Shown here in pieces: positions 17,226 through 20,000 of a DNA stretch of 20,000 bases. Positions within the stretch are counted from its first letter, which is position 1. Every line of letters begins with the position of its first letter. This DNA is from Trichomonas gallinae (Eukaryota): NCBI GenBank assembly GCA_008369845.1, contig MRSU01010484.1:57659-77658 (forward strand), read 5' to 3'. The notes beneath the pieces are model-generated. The model did no database searches and was not told the DNA's origin. It saw only the letters and a program-made list of their open reading frames with translations. A program made the position numbers and the translations under genes.

Positions 17226-18110
17226 ATGTTGTTGAATTTATTAATTCACAACGTATTGTGTCACAATAACGAAATCTACTTTAGATCATTAAAGCTCAAC
17301 TCAACAGACTTCAACGTAACTGTTCCTGCTGATTATTCGATGTTTTTTCAGGCATCTGATAAAATTAGGATGACAATTTTCTCAGGATCTGAGCGAAAAG
17401 TGTTCACTATATATAAGGATCAATATATTAAGATACATAAAGCTAATGCAATACTTAGGGCTTTCAAGAACGAATTAGTAAATATTTACATCTGGAAAAT
17501 TCCTACAAATTTATGCGGAAGTGCAAACACTCATTATTCAGCGGATAAATTTATTAAGTTTTCGAGTGAAAATACTCAAACAAAAAATAATTTTTGCATT
17601 TTTCCACAATCAAATGCTTACAGTCACGAAATTTATGGCAATTTCCAAACAGCTAAGAACTCATGCAAGCTAAATTTCTATTCAGTAGACTCTATTCACC
17701 TTAACATTTTTCAAGATTTTCGCGAAATGAAAAATAAATTGACGGATCCAGTATATGTCGCGCATCCCAACCACTCGTTTAAACTCGATTTTTCATCACC
17801 TTACTTTATGCAGTACTCAGGATGCGGTGGCTCAAATTTGAAAATGGAATTTTCATCAAAAGTGGAGAGACTCAAACAAAGCAGTGCAGATTGTAATGTA
17901 TACTCAATGCCATCAATAAATATGAAAGGAGGCTTCAAATCAAACAATCCACTCGGATTTGTTAATATTGATAAATGCCAAAACAAATCAGAAGACGTCG
18001 TTATCTCACTTTTCGTTATATCTACTGTATTTTTAGTTTTTTCTGTTTTAATGCTTGCAATGATATTCATTCCTGAAAAATCACCATTTATGCGCTTCAG
18101 AATCTTCTAA
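17226..18110 (+). CDS. Hypothetical type I membrane protein, 294 aa
   Basis: Short leader MLLNLLIHNVLC, ectodomain with Cys residues and N-glycosylation sequons (NST, NVT, NHS, NKS), C-terminal TM helix VVISLFVISTVFLVFSVLMLAMIFI and a 12-aa tail. Ends with three in-frame stops TAA TAA TAG (18108-18116). Confidence 0.85.
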   Translation: MLLNLLIHNVLCHNNEIYFRSLKLNSTDFNVTVPADYSMFFQASDKIRMTIFSGSERKVFTIYKDQYIKIHKANAILRAFKNELVNIYIWKIPTNLCGSANTHYSADKFIKFSSENTQTKNNFCIFPQSNAYSHEIYGNFQTAKNSCKLNFYSVDSIHLNIFQDFREMKNKLTDPVYVAHPNHSFKLDFSSPYFMQYSGCGGSNLKMEFSSKVERLKQSSADCNVYSMPSINMKGGFKSNNPLGFVNIDKCQNKSEDVVISLFVISTVFLVFSVLMLAMIFIPEKSPFMRFRIF

Positions 18111-18696
18111 TAATAGAGCTTTTCATAAATATTACTGTTTTATGTTTCATAATTCAATTTTTATTTCAATATTTTTCTAATAATTTTAATTATTGAAATA
18201 AAGTCATTTAGAACCAGTTCGCACATTATATGTATGCCAATCCTGTATATTTTGACCAGAAATTCATGTAAAACCGAGCCAAAGTATTCTCATCAATTAT
18301 TATCAAATTATTCACAGTACATATGGTGAATCTACATATTAGAAAGGCACAAGAATTTAAGTATCTTATGGTAGCGGGGCTTATGATGGTACCATTGGAG
18401 GAATTTAAATTTAAAAAACAAATGTTCATATTCTGCTACAGAAATGCTACCACTTATCATCTTACAAGTAACTTCGACCAGATTTACAACTATCTAATTT
18501 GATATCTGACATTTTGCCAAGTGTAAAAAGTGCCACTTTTGTTTTGACATGCTGAAAGTCACTTTTTGTGTCATTTTTGCATGTATAGATGATTTGTATA
18601 TTCACGTAGTATTTGGATAAAAAAAATTGAGATATAAAATTTGACGTCAAATTGACAGCTTCAGCACTTTTGTGTCAGCTTGCCACATCTGTCATA

Positions 18697-19545
18697 ATGA
18701 ATAATTTAACTATACTTTCGGGTCTTGTTCAAGCTTTACATGGTGCTAAGGACATCCTAGCCTCTTATAAGAACCAAGCATTTAAGAATTGCAGCAATTC
18801 TGTATTTTGGAACTTTTATTCTTGTTCATCAATCAGTGAAACACCCATTTCAATTGAAGCGTTTCCTAAATATATTCAAACATACATTGAATTCTTCTTC
18901 GAAAAATATCCTTTCTTAAGTGATTCTGAAAAATCAAAAATCTTTAAAGACGCAATGGCATTGAAGATGCAGCGATCATACATTGAAGGTGAATGTCTCC
19001 ATGGTATCACATTTATGGCCTACAACAATATAACTCGCAAACTACATATTAATGTTTTAACCGTTTCACCATTTATTTCCGTATTTTCCGGTGAAAAATG
19101 TGCGAGGATCCGTTCCTGCGCCATAGATCTTGCTTTCAACATGTCTAAATCATGGTTTTCTGTTGACTTTGTTAAATCATACAAAGGTGAAGCAACTTCA
19201 AACAATGAATTATCCTTTGGTTACACAAATAGCAACATAACTGATATGATTTCATTGGCCCTTTCCCCAGCTGTTCTTGGCCTCGTTAAACTTCCTGATG
19301 AATTTCTCACTCTTTGTCAGATCATTTCTAAACAAAAAGGAATCATCAATGAGATAGAAGACATGAAGCATCGTCCACGTGTGATGATAGATGATGTCTT
19401 CCCAGAAGAGAAAAAGCCAATTGATTTAACGCCAACGATCGAAATCAGCGAAGGTCTTGATGAAGAAGACTTAGAAGAACTACAACAAATGTTTGGACTT
19501 ATCAAGCCAAAGCGTAATCGTCATATTCGTCATAATCATAAATAA
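18697..19545 (+). CDS. Hypothetical protein, about 282 aa, with acidic then basic C-terminal tail
   Basis: The ORF-track start at 18652 is TTG; first ATG is 18697, directly after TCATA (Inr-like). Coding-like composition. The stop overlaps TAAA (19543-19546). Confidence 0.8.
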   Translation: MNNLTILSGLVQALHGAKDILASYKNQAFKNCSNSVFWNFYSCSSISETPISIEAFPKYIQTYIEFFFEKYPFLSDSEKSKIFKDAMALKMQRSYIEGECLHGITFMAYNNITRKLHINVLTVSPFISVFSGEKCARIRSCAIDLAFNMSKSWFSVDFVKSYKGEATSNNELSFGYTNSNITDMISLALSPAVLGLVKLPDEFLTLCQIISKQKGIINEIEDMKHRPRVMIDDVFPEEKKPIDLTPTIEISEGLDEEDLEELQQMFGLIKPKRNRHIRHNHK

Positions 19546-19888
19546 ATCATTAAAAAATATTTTTAATGTTTATAAAGATTCAATTTTGTAGATGCATAAT
19601 AATATAATTCAAATTGCTATATCATGATTTATAATAGACAATGAACTTAGGACCAACCAAAGGCTTAAAAATATAAATATTAATGATAAATGTTCATTAG
19701 AAAAACACATCAAAAAGACCTGAATTATTTAACATTATCGCAAATTGACAGGCAAATATTATTTTAAATATGTTTAACTCATTATCATGTCAAATCGGAA
19801 TGAAATTAAAATGTTGAATAGATATAAATAGCATATTAAGATATATTATTGAAGGCTCTGATGAAATACATTATAGAGATATATGAAG

Positions 19889-20000
19889 TTAAATAATACA
19901 ATGATAAAACCTTGCTTTACCAAATCTAAAAAACAGGATATCGAGGTCTGCTGCTGTCATATTTGAATGGCCTTGGCATTTCTCGATGTCGATGGCATTT
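19889..20000 (-). CDS. Possible 3' end of a gene extending beyond the window
   Basis: GC rises sharply after ~19935. The minus frame from 19999 reads NAIDIEKCQGHSNMTAADLDILFFRFGKARFYHCII* with C-ending codons; another open minus frame stops at 19926. The frame cannot be resolved here. Confidence 0.3.
   Translation of the reverse strand, partial: NAIDIEKCQGHSNMTAADLDILFFRFGKARFYHCII

Overview
AT-rich eukaryotic genomic window of compact genes with no introns evident, using the standard genetic code. TCA(C/T)T initiator elements just 5' of several ATGs, TAAA overlapping some stop codons, short signal peptides and a divergent giant BEACH protein point to a trichomonad such as Trichomonas vaginalis (inference). 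Eight genes are supportable: an LCAT/group XV phospholipase A2-family hydrolase (654..1907 +), an Aa_trans amino-acid transporter (2448..3779 -), a 2671-aa BEACH/WD40 protein with a degenerate FYVE-like tail and an internal repeat-built Ser/Pro/Gly insert (4218..12233 -), an 82-aa single-pass membrane protein (13237..13485 +), a HAD hydrolase (13811..14491 -) and three hypothetical proteins (15604..17139, 17226..18110, 18697..19545, all +). The 3' end of another gene may enter at the right edge. I see no mobile element, RNA gene or CRISPR array, and no clearly new biological system. The best unexplained signals are non-coding: promoter-biased clusters and palindromes of TG(A/G)CA, a triple AGTGGGATT repeat upstream of the HAD gene, and a long hairpin in a CATG-rich spacer between convergent genes.
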